From contig CAWBOC010000004.1 of NCBI GenBank assembly GCA_963790305.1, positions 10,476-74,475 of the forward strand: a stretch of 64,000 nucleotides of DNA, given 5' to 3'. Origin of the DNA: an uncultured Gemmatimonadaceae bacterium. Its GTDB lineage: Bacteria; Gemmatimonadota; Gemmatimonadetes; Gemmatimonadales; Gemmatimonadaceae. Position 1 is the first letter of the stretch, and every line of letters begins with the position of its first letter. A program made the position numbers and the translations under genes. The notes under the pieces were generated by a model. That model worked only from the letters and a program-made list of their open reading frames with translations. It did not search any database and was not told where the DNA came from. This document shows positions 19,283-30,829 of the stretch, piece after piece.

Positions 19283-21202
19283 GTGGCTTCCGATCCCGCG
19301 CAGGTCGCGAAATCGATCCGTTTCGGAGACGACTTCGAGCTGAACCCGCGAGCACACCAACTGCGCCGCGCTGGCCGCCCGCTCAAGCTCGAGCGCATCC
19401 CCATGGAGATCCTTCTGCTCCTGACCGAGCGACGGGGGCAGCTCGTCAGCCGGGAGGAGATTGTAGAGCGGATTTGGGGGAAGGGATCACTACCTGGATA
19501 GCGACAACAGCATCAACGGCGCAGTTCGGAAAATCCGGCAGGTCCTTGGTGACGATCGGGAGCAGCCGCGGTTCATCCAGACCATCACCGGGCGCGGCTA
19601 TTGTTTCATTGCTCCGGTGCGGGAGGACGAGGAACCCCGCCTGGGCGAGACGGTCCCCACGGGTCCAACAGAAGAAGAGCCGGCGCCCGTATCTCGACCG
19701 CGACGTCAGGCGCTGGCTCGCGCTGAGCCTGACGATATCGATTGTGTTTGCGTCAGCCGTGGCTGCATGGGTTCTATGGTCCCGTTCGCAAGGCGTCAGG
19801 ACCTGTCGCGGGCAGGGTGATGCTCGCCGTCCTCCCTTTTCAGAACCTCACTGGAGATCCCGGCGCTCGAGTACCTCAGCGATGGCCTAACGGAAGAGAT
19901 GATCGCGCAACTCGGGGACACGTGATCCCCAACGACTGGGCGTCATCGCCAGGACGTCCGTGATGAGCTACAAGAAGGGTCAGCCCTCACTGGATCAGAT
20001 CGCAACGCGAGCTGGGCGTGCAGTACGTGCTCGAAGGGAGCCTGCGTCACGAGGCCGAATCAGGTGCGCGTGACCGCTCAACTGATTCAGGCCAAGGATC
20101 AGACGCACCTTTGGACGCGGCAGTACGATCGCGAGCTGAAGGGACTGTTGACGCTGCAAGGCGAGATCGCGCAGCAGATCGCCATTGAGATTCTCTCCAG
20201 GCTGGGCGGCCCCGAGGCAGGTGCGAGCTCGCAGACGGTGCGCTCCACCGACGACTTCGAGGCGTACGATCTCTACCTGAAGGGACAGTTCTTCCTCGCC
20301 AAGAGAACGACCCCGGACCTCGAACGAGCCGTCGGGTATTTTCGCCAGGCGACGACGAAGGACACGTCGTACGCGCGCGCGTACGCGGCGCTTGCCCATT
20401 CGTACACGCTGCTCGCGGGCTACAGTAGGCGTCCGCCCAAGGAATTCGTGGGGGCGGCGCGCGTGTCGGCGCTGAGGGCGCTGGAGCTCGATGAGAGCCT
20501 GCCGGAAGCTCACACCGCGGTCGCGTTGATTGTCCAGAATCACGACTGGGACTGGCAAACCGCGGAGCGGGAATATCGGCGAGCCATCGAGCTGAATCCA
20601 AACTACGCTACGGCCCATCATTGGTACGCCGAGCATTTGATGTGGCGGGGGCGTTTTGATGAGGCGATTCGAGAGAGTGATGTAGCACGACAGCTCGACC
20701 CGCTTTCGTTGATCATCGCAACCGATCACGCCGTGATTCTGTTCCATGCGGGACAGTATGACCGTGCGATCGACCAATTTCGCTCGGTCCTGGAATTGGA
20801 CCCTGATTTCCCCCGGGCTCACATCATCGAAGCTGCGTACGCAGAAAACGGGATGGTCGCGGAGGCGCTCGCCGACCTCGAAACGCAGCGATCAAAGCTT
20901 GAACCTCATTGGTATTGGTTTCTCTCGCTCGCATCTACACCGTCTCCGGGCAGACAGCACAAGCGCGGCATGCGGCTCAGGAGTTTCTTCGGCTGAGCCC
21001 GCGCGACGGTGTCCAACCCTCTATCATGGCCGCGGCCTTTCTTGCCATGGGAGACAGGGAACAGGCCTTTGCGTGGCTGGAAAAGGCTCACGCGGAACAT
21101 GACAATGGACTCACCGGGCTCAAGGTGGGTCGCAGTTGGGAACCATTGCGCAACGACCCGCGTTTCCAGAGCTTGCTGCGCCGCGTGGGACTGGCTCCCT
21201 GA
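19283..21202 (+). CDS. Winged-helix (CadC/OmpR-type) - TM - TolB_N - TPR regulator (frameshifted)
   Basis: IRFGDDFELN..LRRAG..KLERIPMEILLLL, LAVLPFQNLTGD, VTAQLIQAKDQTHLW, TPRs, LRNDPRFQSLLRRVGL. Confidence 0.85.
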
Positions 21203-21280
21203 CTACGCGCCCCGACCTTTCGTTCGTATGACGAGACCACACCTTCTCGCCCGCACCGTCGTGGGCTGGCTTCGATCCTC

Positions 21281-22582
21281 GTGCACATGACGCCGGACCT
21301 GGGACTCGTCGAACACCTGCGGGGCGCGTTCCACCGACGCGACACGGGCGCGATACGACATCTCTTCGAGCAGCATCCCGAGCTCCGCCAGCAGCTCGAC
21401 GCGCCCGTCTTCGGCTTCGACTCACCCGCGATCGTCGCCTACGCCGACGACCTCCCAATGGTGGAGCTGCTCCTCGAGCTCGGCGCCGACCCCAACCGCC
21501 GTAGCAACTGGTGGGCAGGAGGCTTCCATCCCCTGCACTCCGCCACGGGCGCCGCCGCGGAGCGTCTGCTCGCCGCGGGAGCGGTGCCCGACGCATGCGC
21601 CGCGGCGCAGCTCGATCGCATTGATCTGCTCGGGCGAATGATTGGCGAAAATCCCGCTCGCGTGCACGAGCGAGGGGGTGACGGGCAAACTCCGCTCCAT
21701 TTCGCGAAGTCACGGGCTGTCATCGACCTTTTGCTCGACGCCGGCGCCGACATCAATGCGCGCGACGTCGACCATCGTGCGACTCCCGCCCAATGGATGC
21801 TCGATCGCCGCCGCGGCGCCGGCCGGTACGATCTCGCGCGATACCTCGTCGAGCGGGGCGCATCGGCCGACATCTTTCTCGCCGCCGCGCTCGGCCTCGC
21901 TAGCCGCGTGCGCTCGATGCTCGAGGCCGATGCTTCCCTCCTCGACGTGCGCACCGGCCGCGGCGACTACGGCGAGAAGCCGCCGAGCAGCTATCACATT
22001 TATTTCTGGACGATCGGTGACGGCCGGTCGCCGCTCGATGTCGCCTCGCAGTTCGAGCAGTGGGAGACGCTCGATGTCATGCTCGCGTTCGCCACGCCGA
22101 TACAGCACCTCCTCGCTGCATGCCGAGCCGGCAATGCCGAGAAAGCGCGCGCCGTTGTGCGCGATCATCCCGGGATCGTGGCATCAATGTCGGCTGCGCA
22201 GCACCGAGCGATCTCCAATGCCGCATGGAACGGTAATGCGCGGGCCGTGACGCTGATGCTCGAGATGGGATTCGATCCCCGCGCACCGGGCCATGATTCG
22301 GGAACGGCGCTGCACTGCGCTGCCTGGGAGGGCTCGATGGAGACGGTAGAGGCGCTGCTGCGCCATTCGGACGCGCGCACACTCCTGTCGATCAGAGACG
22401 CCCGCTACGGTGCGACGCCGCTCGGTTGGTGTTGTCACGGCTCATTGCACGGGAACACGCGCCGCGATCACGCCGGAATTGCACAACGGCTCCTCGATGC
22501 CGGAGCGAAGGTCGGCCGAGATACGACCGACGCGTCGCCATCGGTGCAAGCGGTGCTCGAGCGAGCGCGGCGGAGCGACTGA
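21281..22582 (+). CDS. Ankyrin repeat protein
   Basis: GQTPLHFA..LLLDAGADINARD, GTALHCAAWEG, GATPLGW. Confidence 0.88.
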   Translation: MHMTPDLGLVEHLRGAFHRRDTGAIRHLFEQHPELRQQLDAPVFGFDSPAIVAYADDLPMVELLLELGADPNRRSNWWAGGFHPLHSATGAAAERLLAAGAVPDACAAAQLDRIDLLGRMIGENPARVHERGGDGQTPLHFAKSRAVIDLLLDAGADINARDVDHRATPAQWMLDRRRGAGRYDLARYLVERGASADIFLAAALGLASRVRSMLEADASLLDVRTGRGDYGEKPPSSYHIYFWTIGDGRSPLDVASQFEQWETLDVMLAFATPIQHLLAACRAGNAEKARAVVRDHPGIVASMSAAQHRAISNAAWNGNARAVTLMLEMGFDPRAPGHDSGTALHCAAWEGSMETVEALLRHSDARTLLSIRDARYGATPLGWCCHGSLHGNTRRDHAGIAQRLLDAGAKVGRDTTDASPSVQAVLERARRSD

Positions 22583-23076
22583 TGCCACTGCTCGGTTCCC
22601 CAATCGCCCCTCGGAGAAAACACGTGCGCTACTCCGCCATCCTCTGCATCGCCGCGCTGTGCGGTGTCAACGCGGTCGGTGCGCAGTCATCGGCGCAGCC
22701 ATCCTCGGACGTCGCGACGATCCGCCGACTCGACTCTCTCTGGGCTCAAATGTACGCCCGGCACGACACGATGCTGGCGCGCTCGCTCTACGCCGAGGAC
22801 CTGGTCTTCACGAGCGCAAACGGGAATCAGAAGACCCGGGAAGAGGAGCTGGCCGACGTGCGACCGCAGGCGGGGCTCGCCATGGACTACTTCCGCACCA
22901 CGCCGACGCAGGTCCGGGTGCACGAAGGAGCAGCGGTCGTGACCGGCACCGCGGAATGGCGATTCACCTGGAACGGCCAGACGCGCGACGTGAAGCGCGG
23001 CTACACGATCACGTACTCGAAAGGCGGGCCGCTCGGCTGGCGCATTCTCGCCGTCCACATGGGCGCCACACGTTAG
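22582..23076 (+). CDS. NTF2-like / DUF4440 secreted protein
   Basis: Signal peptide; LYAEDLVFTSANG, VRVHEGAAVVTG, GWRILAVH. Confidence 0.8.
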   Translation: MPLLGSPIAPRRKHVRYSAILCIAALCGVNAVGAQSSAQPSSDVATIRRLDSLWAQMYARHDTMLARSLYAEDLVFTSANGNQKTREEELADVRPQAGLAMDYFRTTPTQVRVHEGAAVVTGTAEWRFTWNGQTRDVKRGYTITYSKGGPLGWRILAVHMGATR

Positions 23077-23092
23077 GCATCCAAGCCTCTCA

Positions 23093-23656
23093 ATGCGACC
23101 TCTCTGTTTACTGTTTCTCGCGACGACTGCCGCGATCGCCGCGTCAGGCTGCCCTGCCAGCGAGCCGGCCGACGCGCCGCAAGCGGAGCAGGTTCCCCAG
23201 TCGGCCGCGGTTGCCGCGGCGGCGCCGTGGTATAGCCGAGTGCGCACCATCGACCTTACCGGCGACGGGCGGGCAGACAGCGCTCGCCTCGAGGCAACAG
23301 GCGCACGTCCGGATAGTCTCCGGATCACGTTGTCTCTTCTCGTCAACGGACACGAGAAGCATCGAGAGACGTGGGGCAGCAGCTACGAGCTCGCCCTGGT
23401 GGATTCGGGCGCTCGTGTCTCTCCCAGCGTGAGCGCGGTCGTGCGTGCGAAGCTCGACAGTGTGCTGGCGAGCCTGGTCGTCCAACGGCTCGACGAGCCT
23501 GGCGTCAAGCTCATGGCAGAAGACAGCGCGGCGCTCGCTGGGCTCGAGCCGCGGCCCACACATCGTGTATCGTTCTCGTACGGGTACGAGACGACGGTGC
23601 GTCTGGTGTGGGACGCGCCGCGCGAACGGTTCGTTCGATTGTGGAGTTGCTGCTGA
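23093..23656 (+). CDS. Hypothetical lipoprotein
   Basis: Lipobox ASGC; DLTGDGRAD motif; ends in WSCC. Confidence 0.65.
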   Translation: MRPLCLLFLATTAAIAASGCPASEPADAPQAEQVPQSAAVAAAAPWYSRVRTIDLTGDGRADSARLEATGARPDSLRITLSLLVNGHEKHRETWGSSYELALVDSGARVSPSVSAVVRAKLDSVLASLVVQRLDEPGVKLMAEDSAALAGLEPRPTHRVSFSYGYETTVRLVWDAPRERFVRLWSCC

Positions 23657-23690
23657 GCGGATTACCAACGAGATGAAGGAGAGAGATCGC

Positions 23691-24557
23691 ATGTTACGCA
23701 CAGCCTTTGCTGCCTCCCTGATTTTCGTCACCGCTGCCCTTGCCGATGCGCAGGCGGTGGGCAAGCGCGTCAAGGTGAACGGGATGCAGATGTATTACGA
23801 GGTCTCCGGCACTGGCGATCCGCTGGTCGTGCTGCACGGGGCATACATGAACATCCCGACGATGGGAGCGATCATCCCGAGGCTCGCCAAGACCCACCGA
23901 GTCTATGCGGTGGAGCTCCAGGGCCACGGCCGCACGACCGACATCGACCGGCCCATCACCTATCCCAACATGGCCGATGACGTCGCGGCATTCATGGATG
24001 CGGTCGGTCTCCCAAAGGCCGACGTGTTCGGCTACTCCATGGGCGCCGTCGTGGGACTACAGCTCGCCATTCGCCACCCGGCAAAGGTGAACAAGCTCGT
24101 CGGGGCCTCGGTCGCCTACAATGTCGAGGGCTGGCAACCGGTGTTCAAGGATTTCATCCCACAGATGACGGTGGAGATGGTCCTTCAGATGCCGTTCGCG
24201 AAGGAATACCCCAAGCTTGCCGCCAATCCCCAAGGCTTTCCCGAGCTGGCCAGGAAGCTGATCGCGCTCGAGAAGGAGCCAATGGCGTGGGCGGAAGATG
24301 TAAAGGCGATGAAGACTCCGGTGCTCATCATCACCGGCGACGCCGACGTTTCGACGCTCGAGCATTCGGTGGCAATGTTCCGGCTGCTCGGCGGCGGCAT
24401 CATGGGCGACATGGGGAAACCGCTGCCGGCCTCGCGACTCGCCGTCATGCCGGCGACGGCTCACACCGCCGTCATCACGCAGCCCGACCTGCTGCATGCC
24501 TTCATCGAGCCGTTTCTGAAAGGTCAGACACCGAAGGGGATGTTCGAGCAGCAGTGA
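23691..24557 (+). CDS. Alpha/beta hydrolase
   Basis: LHG, ELQGHGRT, GYSMG nucleophile motif. Confidence 0.9.
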   Translation: MLRTAFAASLIFVTAALADAQAVGKRVKVNGMQMYYEVSGTGDPLVVLHGAYMNIPTMGAIIPRLAKTHRVYAVELQGHGRTTDIDRPITYPNMADDVAAFMDAVGLPKADVFGYSMGAVVGLQLAIRHPAKVNKLVGASVAYNVEGWQPVFKDFIPQMTVEMVLQMPFAKEYPKLAANPQGFPELARKLIALEKEPMAWAEDVKAMKTPVLIITGDADVSTLEHSVAMFRLLGGGIMGDMGKPLPASRLAVMPATAHTAVITQPDLLHAFIEPFLKGQTPKGMFEQQ

Positions 24558-24564
24558 GGGAACT

Positions 24565-25089
24565 GTGGAGACTCCACGTTTGCAGCTCGTGCCATGGTCT
24601 CCAGCGCTGCTCATTACCCTGATCGAGCAACCCGAGCGCTTCGAGGCGCTCGGTGGATTCCCCGCCGCCGCTGGACTGCGTGAGTTCTTCGTGTCCGGCG
24701 ACGTTTCTCCCGAGTGGCTCGGCCGCCTCAAGGCCGCTGCTGCGGCAGACCCTTGGCGTCACGGATTCTTTGTCGTCGAGCGCGAGCGACGGGCGATCAT
24801 CGGCACCGCGGGGTTCAAAGGCCCGCCGGACGCTGATGGGATGGTCGAGATCGCGTACGGCATCGTTCCGAGCTTCGAAGGCCGTGGCTACGCGACCGAG
24901 GCTGCGATGGCACTCGTGCGCTTCGCACTGGCGACCGGAAATGTAACGCTCATTCGCGCTCATACTCTCCCGGAAGCAAATGCATCGACGCACGTGCTGT
25001 CCAAGTGTGGCTTCCGTCACACGGACGATGTCATTGACCCTGACGATGGTCCGGTGTGGCGATGGGAGCTGCGTATGAGGAGCGACTGA
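24565..25089 (+). CDS. GNAT (RimJ/RimL-like) acetyltransferase
   Basis: [33 protein letters not shown]. Confidence 0.88.
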   Translation: METPRLQLVPWSPALLITLIEQPERFEALGGFPAAAGLREFFVSGDVSPEWLGRLKAAAAADPWRHGFFVVERERRAIIGTAGFKGPPDADGMVEIAYGIVPSFEGRGYATEAAMALVRFALATGNVTLIRAHTLPEANASTHVLSKCGFRHTDDVIDPDDGPVWRWELRMRSD

Positions 25090-25101
25090 CGCGCCGACCC
25101 C

Positions 25102-25143
25102 TTGCTTATCTACAAGACGTCTCCTATACTCTCTTGTAGATAA
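25102..25143 (+). promoter_or_regulatory. Sigma70 promoter with overlapping 12-bp inverted repeat (PadR operator candidate)
   Basis: TTGCTT-N17-TATACT; TTATCTACAAGA (25106-25117) and TCTTGTAGATAA (25132-25143). Confidence 0.7.
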
Positions 25144-25153
25144 CCAAGGCCAG

Positions 25154-25483
25154 ATGACCAAACCGACGGATCTCGTCCAGGGCACGCTCGACCTCCTGAT
25201 CATGCGCACCATCGCCACCGAGCCGCTTCACGGGTGGGCGATCGCACAGCGCATCGAGCAGCTGTCGAAGGACGTGCTGCGCATCAACCAGGGTTCGCTC
25301 TATCCGGCGCTCCAGCGCCTCGAGCGCCAGGGCTGGATTACCGCCGATTGGGGCGTCTCCGAAACGAACCGCCGCGCGCGTTTCTATCGGCTGACGGCGG
25401 CCGGCCGGCGGCGGCTGAAGGAGGAGCGCGAGGACTGGGAGCGACTCTCGGCGGCGATCTCGCTCGTCATGAGAACGGCGTAG
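25154..25483 (+). CDS. PadR-family regulator (acidobacterial type)
   Basis: [43 protein letters not shown]. Confidence 0.92.
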   Translation: MTKPTDLVQGTLDLLIMRTIATEPLHGWAIAQRIEQLSKDVLRINQGSLYPALQRLERQGWITADWGVSETNRRARFYRLTAAGRRRLKEEREDWERLSAAISLVMRTA

Positions 25484-25498
25484 CCACCGAGGAGATCC

Positions 25499-28135
25499 GT
25501 GCGAATTCTTCACCAGATCGTCGCGCTCTGGCGCTCGTTGTTCCGGAGCGCACGCATCGACGCCGACCTCGCCGACGAGATGCGCTTTCACATCGAGCGG
25601 GAGACGGAAGCGAACATCGCACGCGGGATGTCCCCCGAGGCGGCGCACCGCGCGGCGCGTCTCAAGTTCGGCAGCGTCGAGGTCGCGCAGGAAACGTCGC
25701 GCGACGAGCGGCCCGGCGTGGGCGCTCGCCGGATGCTCCAGGACGTCCGCTTCGGCGTGCGGCTCCTCCGCAAATCACCGGCATTTGGCATCACCGCGAT
25801 CGCGATCGTCGCGCTGGGGATCGGCGCCGCCACGGCGATTTTCAGCGTCGTGTACGGCGTGATGCTCAAGCCCCTGCCCTTTCGCGAGCCGGAACGACTC
25901 GTCGGCATCTGGTTGCAATGGAAGGTCGGTCGCGGGCTATCCCGCCGCCGCCGACGCCGTCGAGCTGCGTCGAGCTGCGCGGCGTCTTCGAGGACGTCGC
26001 ACTGTTCGAGAACGCGAACCTCAATCTCGTCGGCGACGGGGAGCCTCAGCGACTCCAGGGTGCGAGCGTCTCACCGAATCTCTTCTCGGTGCTCGGCGTC
26101 TCGCGCAGCGTTGGGTCGGACATTCGCGCCTGACGAGGATCAAGCGGGGCGCGAGCGGGTCGTGCTGTTGAGCGATGCGTTGTGGCATGGGCGGTTCGCC
26201 GCCGACCGAGCGGTCATCGGCCGACAGATTCGTCTCAACGGATCACCGCACACGATCGTCGGTGTCATGCCGCCCGATTTTCAGTACCCATCCAGTGCGC
26301 ACCAGGCGTGGGTGCCGCTCGTGCTCGAGCCCGGCGAGCTCACGCGCGCGGTGACGGATAACTACAGTGTCGTCGCCCGACTCGATGCGCGCGCGACGCT
26401 GGACCAGGCACGCCGGGAGGCGGCGGCGCTGGCCAGGCGTCTGGCGACGACCGCTCCGGGCGGCCAAGGTCCGGGCATGACGGTGGACCCAATGCTCGAC
26501 GACTGCGGTGCGTGACGTGCGCCCCACGCTTCAATCCTCCTGCTGGGAGCGGTCTCCTTTCTTCTGCTCATCGCCTGTGTGGATCTGGCGAATCTGTTCG
26601 GCGCGCGGGCCACGTGCCCGGAGCGGCGAGTTCGCGGTGCGACTGGCGCTCGGCGCCTCGCGCAAGCGGTTGATCGCACAAGCGATCGCCGAGGCTGCGC
26701 CGAGCCTTGCTGTTGGGCGGGGTGCTTGGCGTCGTCCTGGCCGACTGGGCGGTGAGCGTGTTCGTCGCGACCGCGCCGGCGGGATTGCCGCGAGTCGAGA
26801 ATATTGCATTGAGCACGACCGGTCGTTGTCGTTCTCGTTCACCCTGCTCGTCCTCACGGGCTGCGCGGCGAGCATTGCGCCGGCGGTGCAGGCATGGCGC
26901 TCGGACTTCACGGCGATCGCGAAGGAGGGAGGACGGTCGTCGACACACGGGCGCGCGCGCGTGGCGGCGCGAAGATTCGGTGTCGCCGCGCAAATCGCGT
27001 TCGCCCTTCCCTTGCTCGTCGGCGCCAGCCTGCTGCTCCGAAGCGCGGTCAACGTCACGCGCGTGGATCTCGGCTTCAGACCCGAGCGTGTCACAACGGT
27101 GTCGTTCGAGGTATCACGCAGCCAGCACCCCTCGGACCAGGAGGTCGCCGACTATTACGCGCGATCTGGTCGAGGCCGTCCGCGGCGTACCCGGCGTCGC
27201 GAACGTCAGCCCTGGTGAATCGGATTCCGCTCGGCGGCGGGCAGACCAACCGGTGCAGTTCGAGACCGCAGACAGGCGACGACCGAGCTGACGAACGTCG
27301 ACACGCGAACGGTGACACCCGAGTACTTCGCAGACGCTCGGCATCAGGCTCATTGCCGGCCGCGCGTTTACCGAGCACGATGCCGCGGATGCTCCCGAAG
27401 TGGCGATCGTCGATGACCGGGTGGCCCGAACGATCTGGCCCGGCGAGACGGCAGTCGGTAAGCGCTTTCGCGGACCGGCATGGCGGGGTGGCGAATGGGT
27501 TAGCGTCATCGGTGTCGTCGCGCATGTGCGGACGACCGGACCGGAGGTCGATCCGGCTGCCGCAGGTCTATTGGAGCTATCGGCAGTGGACGCAGGATCG
27601 CATGGTGCTGGCGGTGCGAAGCGCAGAGCGAATCGGAGTGCCGATCGCGCCGGTGATCAGGGCGATTCGTTCCGTCGACCCGGAGCAAAGCGTCTACAAC
27701 GTGCGCACGATGGCCGAGATCGTCGATCGTTCGATGGCCCGGCGGCGCCTAACGACGCTCCTGATGGCGGCGTTCAGCGGCCTCGCGCTGTTGTTGGCGG
27801 CCGTCGGGATCTACGGGGTCGTGGCGTACGGCGTCGCACAGCGAATGCGGGAATTCGGGATCCGCGTCGCTCTCGGCGCGACGCGTCGGGATGTCACTCG
27901 ACTGGTGGTCTGGCAGGGGACCTCGATGGCGATCGCCGGCTCAGCCGTCGGCCTGACGCTGGCGATCGCGGGGGCGGGACTCATGCGAAATCTCGTCTAC
28001 GAGGTGGCACCGACGGACTGGCGAGCATTCTTGGCGCGACGAGCGCTGCTGATGTTCGTCGCCGCTGTCGCGAGCTACATCCCAGCTCGTCAGGCGGCGG
28101 CGGTGGATCCCGGTATGGCGCTGAGGGCCGAGTAG
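25499..28135 (+). CDS. ADOP-type duplicated ABC permease (MacB/FtsX), many frameshifts
   Basis: DLADEMRFHIE, LGIGAATAIFSVV, EFAVRLALGA, LAAVGIYGVVAY..REFGIRVALGA, VDPGMALRAE; follows PadR. Confidence 0.88.
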
Positions 28136-28142
28136 GGCGGCC

Positions 28143-29339
28143 ATGAGTGCTCACTTCCGCACTGTGCTCGCTGCATCCGCGGCGGCCGCCTGCGCCGCAG
28201 GTGGCATACGCGAACAATCTCCGACCTACCAGCCGCAAAGAGCCGAGCTGGCGCTGCGCACCGGCCGCGTTCTGGACCCGGTTGCCGGCCGCTACACCGA
28301 GTCGGCAGTGATCCTCATTCGCAACGGACGAATCTCGGAACTCATGCCAGCGCGCGAGTTTCGCGCCGACCTGGCCGACAGCGTCGTGGATCTCAGCCGG
28401 CTCACCGTTCTACCCGGGCTGATCGATGGCCACGTCCACCTCGGCATCGGCGGGACTGTCGCGTCGAACGCGCTCGCGGATTTACGCGCGGGCTTCACGA
28501 CGGTCGTCGATCTGGGTGCGCGGACGCATCGGCTCCTGCAGCTCCGCGACTCGATCAACGCCGGTCACATTCCGGGGCCGCGGGTCCTCGCGGCTGGCAT
28601 CTGGGTCGGGGTGAAGGGAGGCGTGTGCGAGTTCAACGGCATTGGCATCGCGGGAGGCCCGGAAGAGTTTCGAGGGCGCATTCGAGCGAACGCCATTGCG
28701 GGCGCGGAGATCGCCAAGCTGTGTCTCTCGGGTTGGCCGGGGCAAGCGTTCGCCGAGCCGGCATCGTACGAGCTGCCTGACGACGTCATACGCGCGAGCG
28801 TCGCCGAGGCGCGTGCCCTCGGCCTGATCACCGTCGCGCACGCCATCAGTCTCGGGAGTGTGCGCGCGGCGCTGGACGGCGGCGTGGACGGACTCGCCCA
28901 CGCAGCGTACGTCGACTCGGCTACGGCCGTGCGAATGCGCACCCAGCGAATGTTCATGGTGTCCACGCTGGCGGCGCTCACGAGTGGCGACTCATCGATC
29001 GGCGCCAGATCGCTGATGCATGCCCTGTCGCTCGCGGCACGGAATGGCGTGCCGATCGTGTTCGGCACCGACGGAGGCGTGCTGCCGCATGGCCGGAACG
29101 CGGAGGAGCTGCGCGCGCTGGTAGCCGCCGGATTGTCACCGCTGGACGCGATTCGCGCGGCCACTGTGAACGCCGCGCGTGCGTTCCGAATTCAGGATTC
29201 CGTCGGCACCATCGGGCCCGGGAAAGGCGCGGATCTCATTGCCGTGGCCGGCGATCCGCTGGCAGACATTGGGACGCTCGACCGTCCCGTTCTGGTCCTG
29301 TCCCGCGGGCGAATCGTTCGCGACGACCGTACGCCCTGA
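28143..29339 (+). CDS. Amidohydrolase family protein
   Basis: PGLIDGHVH, VAHA, FGTDGG, GTIGPGKGADLI. Confidence 0.9.
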   Translation: MSAHFRTVLAASAAAACAAGGIREQSPTYQPQRAELALRTGRVLDPVAGRYTESAVILIRNGRISELMPAREFRADLADSVVDLSRLTVLPGLIDGHVHLGIGGTVASNALADLRAGFTTVVDLGARTHRLLQLRDSINAGHIPGPRVLAAGIWVGVKGGVCEFNGIGIAGGPEEFRGRIRANAIAGAEIAKLCLSGWPGQAFAEPASYELPDDVIRASVAEARALGLITVAHAISLGSVRAALDGGVDGLAHAAYVDSATAVRMRTQRMFMVSTLAALTSGDSSIGARSLMHALSLAARNGVPIVFGTDGGVLPHGRNAEELRALVAAGLSPLDAIRAATVNAARAFRIQDSVGTIGPGKGADLIAVAGDPLADIGTLDRPVLVLSRGRIVRDDRTP

Positions 29340-29351
29340 AACCATTTTCTT

Positions 29352-29412
29352 ACCGCCGAGGACGCAGAGGTACGCCGAGGAAAACTTCAGCGTCCTCTGC
29401 ATCCTCTGCGTC
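29352..29412. repeat. REP-like palindrome with 9-bp periodic arms (CGCAGAGGA type)
   Basis: CGCCGAGGA CGCAGAGGT ACGCCGAGG ... CGTCCTCTG CATCCTCTG CGT between convergent genes. Confidence 0.65.
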
Positions 29413-29455
29413 AAGAAAGCTCACTCGATCTCGCAGGGGTGGGTTGCCGAACGCC

Positions 29456-30686
29456 TTACTCGAGCTGATCGGCGTGGGCGATCGCCCAACGCGCGACCGC
29501 TTGACCCAGGTCCTGGCCCGCTGTGATGTCGAAGCGGTAGTGGATGCCGGCGTACATCCGTGACAGCCCCGCTTCCACCACCCAGCCGTCCAGCTCTGCC
29601 CCTCGTGCAGGGAAAATGTCTTTCAACACCGTCGCGGCCGCGGCCGAGACGCAGGAGTGCCCCGAGGGATACGATGGATGGTTGGGCAAGCCGAAGCTCA
29701 ACGTGATCCCCGGATCCGCCTGGCTGGGCCGCAGCGTCCAATAGAAGTACTTCGCGTCCCAGCAGCCGATCATCGCATCCATCATGGCCGCGCCCATCAG
29801 CGCGAACGCACGCGTCGCGGCACGCTCGTTCAGCCCAAATGTTCCAATGTAGTTGGCGGCGGTGAGATTCCAGTAGCCCGGCGGCGTGAACGTTCCCGTC
29901 GGGAAGTTCCAGAACAGCGCGATAGCGTTCTGCGCGGGCGTGCGGGTGTCCGACAGAGATCGAATCTCTCCCAGGTCAGTGAGAAAGGCGGGTGAGTTGA
30001 ACACGGGTGGCGGCGGTGGCCGGAATTGCGCACCCGAGGTCAAGAGATACGGCGTGACCCCGCCGAACGTCGCGCCCGCGGGCGGGCCGTTCGCGGTCCA
30101 CAACCCGGGCCCCACTGGAACGGTCCCGGTCCACGGCGCGGTGAAGCGGTCGACCCTCAGACGCTCTACCATCGCGGCGCCTGCGTTGTCGCCAATGGCG
30201 AGACCCCGCGTGTAATGCGGATGCACGTTCCCTGGTCCGGCTGCGCCTTCCGCCTGTGCGCGTTGATTCAGGGCCCCGGCGGCCGCCGGGAACAGGAAGC
30301 CCAGCACACGAGCCAGATGCGCCGGCGACTGCACCACGACGAGCTTCGAGCGCGCTCCGTCCGCCTGCGCCGACGCCATTCGCCGGCAGCTGATCGTCCT
30401 GATCGGCATCGGGAGTCGCCAACACGGCCTGGTACTGCGCAACACCAAGCGCCGCGTAGACCCGCGTCGCCGCGAGCGGACTCATGTTGTTCGCGCCGAC
30501 GAGCGCTCTCGCCTGCGCCTGCCACCCGATGCTCGAGGGCGCGGCGGCCAGGTCCGAGACCTTCGTCGCAAGTCCATCAATGTCTCCCCTCGACAGTGCC
30601 GGGGGTGCCGTACTCGGGTCCGAGCACGACGTCGCCATGACGGCGACGATCACAAGACCAAACGTCCCAAGCGCTTTCCGCGACAT
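29456..30686 (-). CDS. Vanadium-dependent haloperoxidase / PAP2-like lipoprotein (frameshifted)
   Basis: AGGAGG RBS, lipobox-like ATSC; WDAKYFYWTLRP, HPSYPSGH, SRMYAGIHYRFD. Confidence 0.88.
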
Positions 30687-30829
30687 ACTTCCTCCTGGAA
30701 TTGATTTATCGGTTCGCTGCTGAAGTTTTTGGCAGACGCCAACGTGTCGATGACCTCCTGCGCCAGCCATGGCGCGCGTATGTTGGAGCCGGGCAGTGAA
30801 CGCGAAGTGTCGCCCCGGTAAATTCGCCG

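Noticed and set aside
16522..30686. Halogenated natural-product biosynthetic cluster
   Set aside because: No PKS, NRPS, prenyltransferase or RiPP machinery in the window
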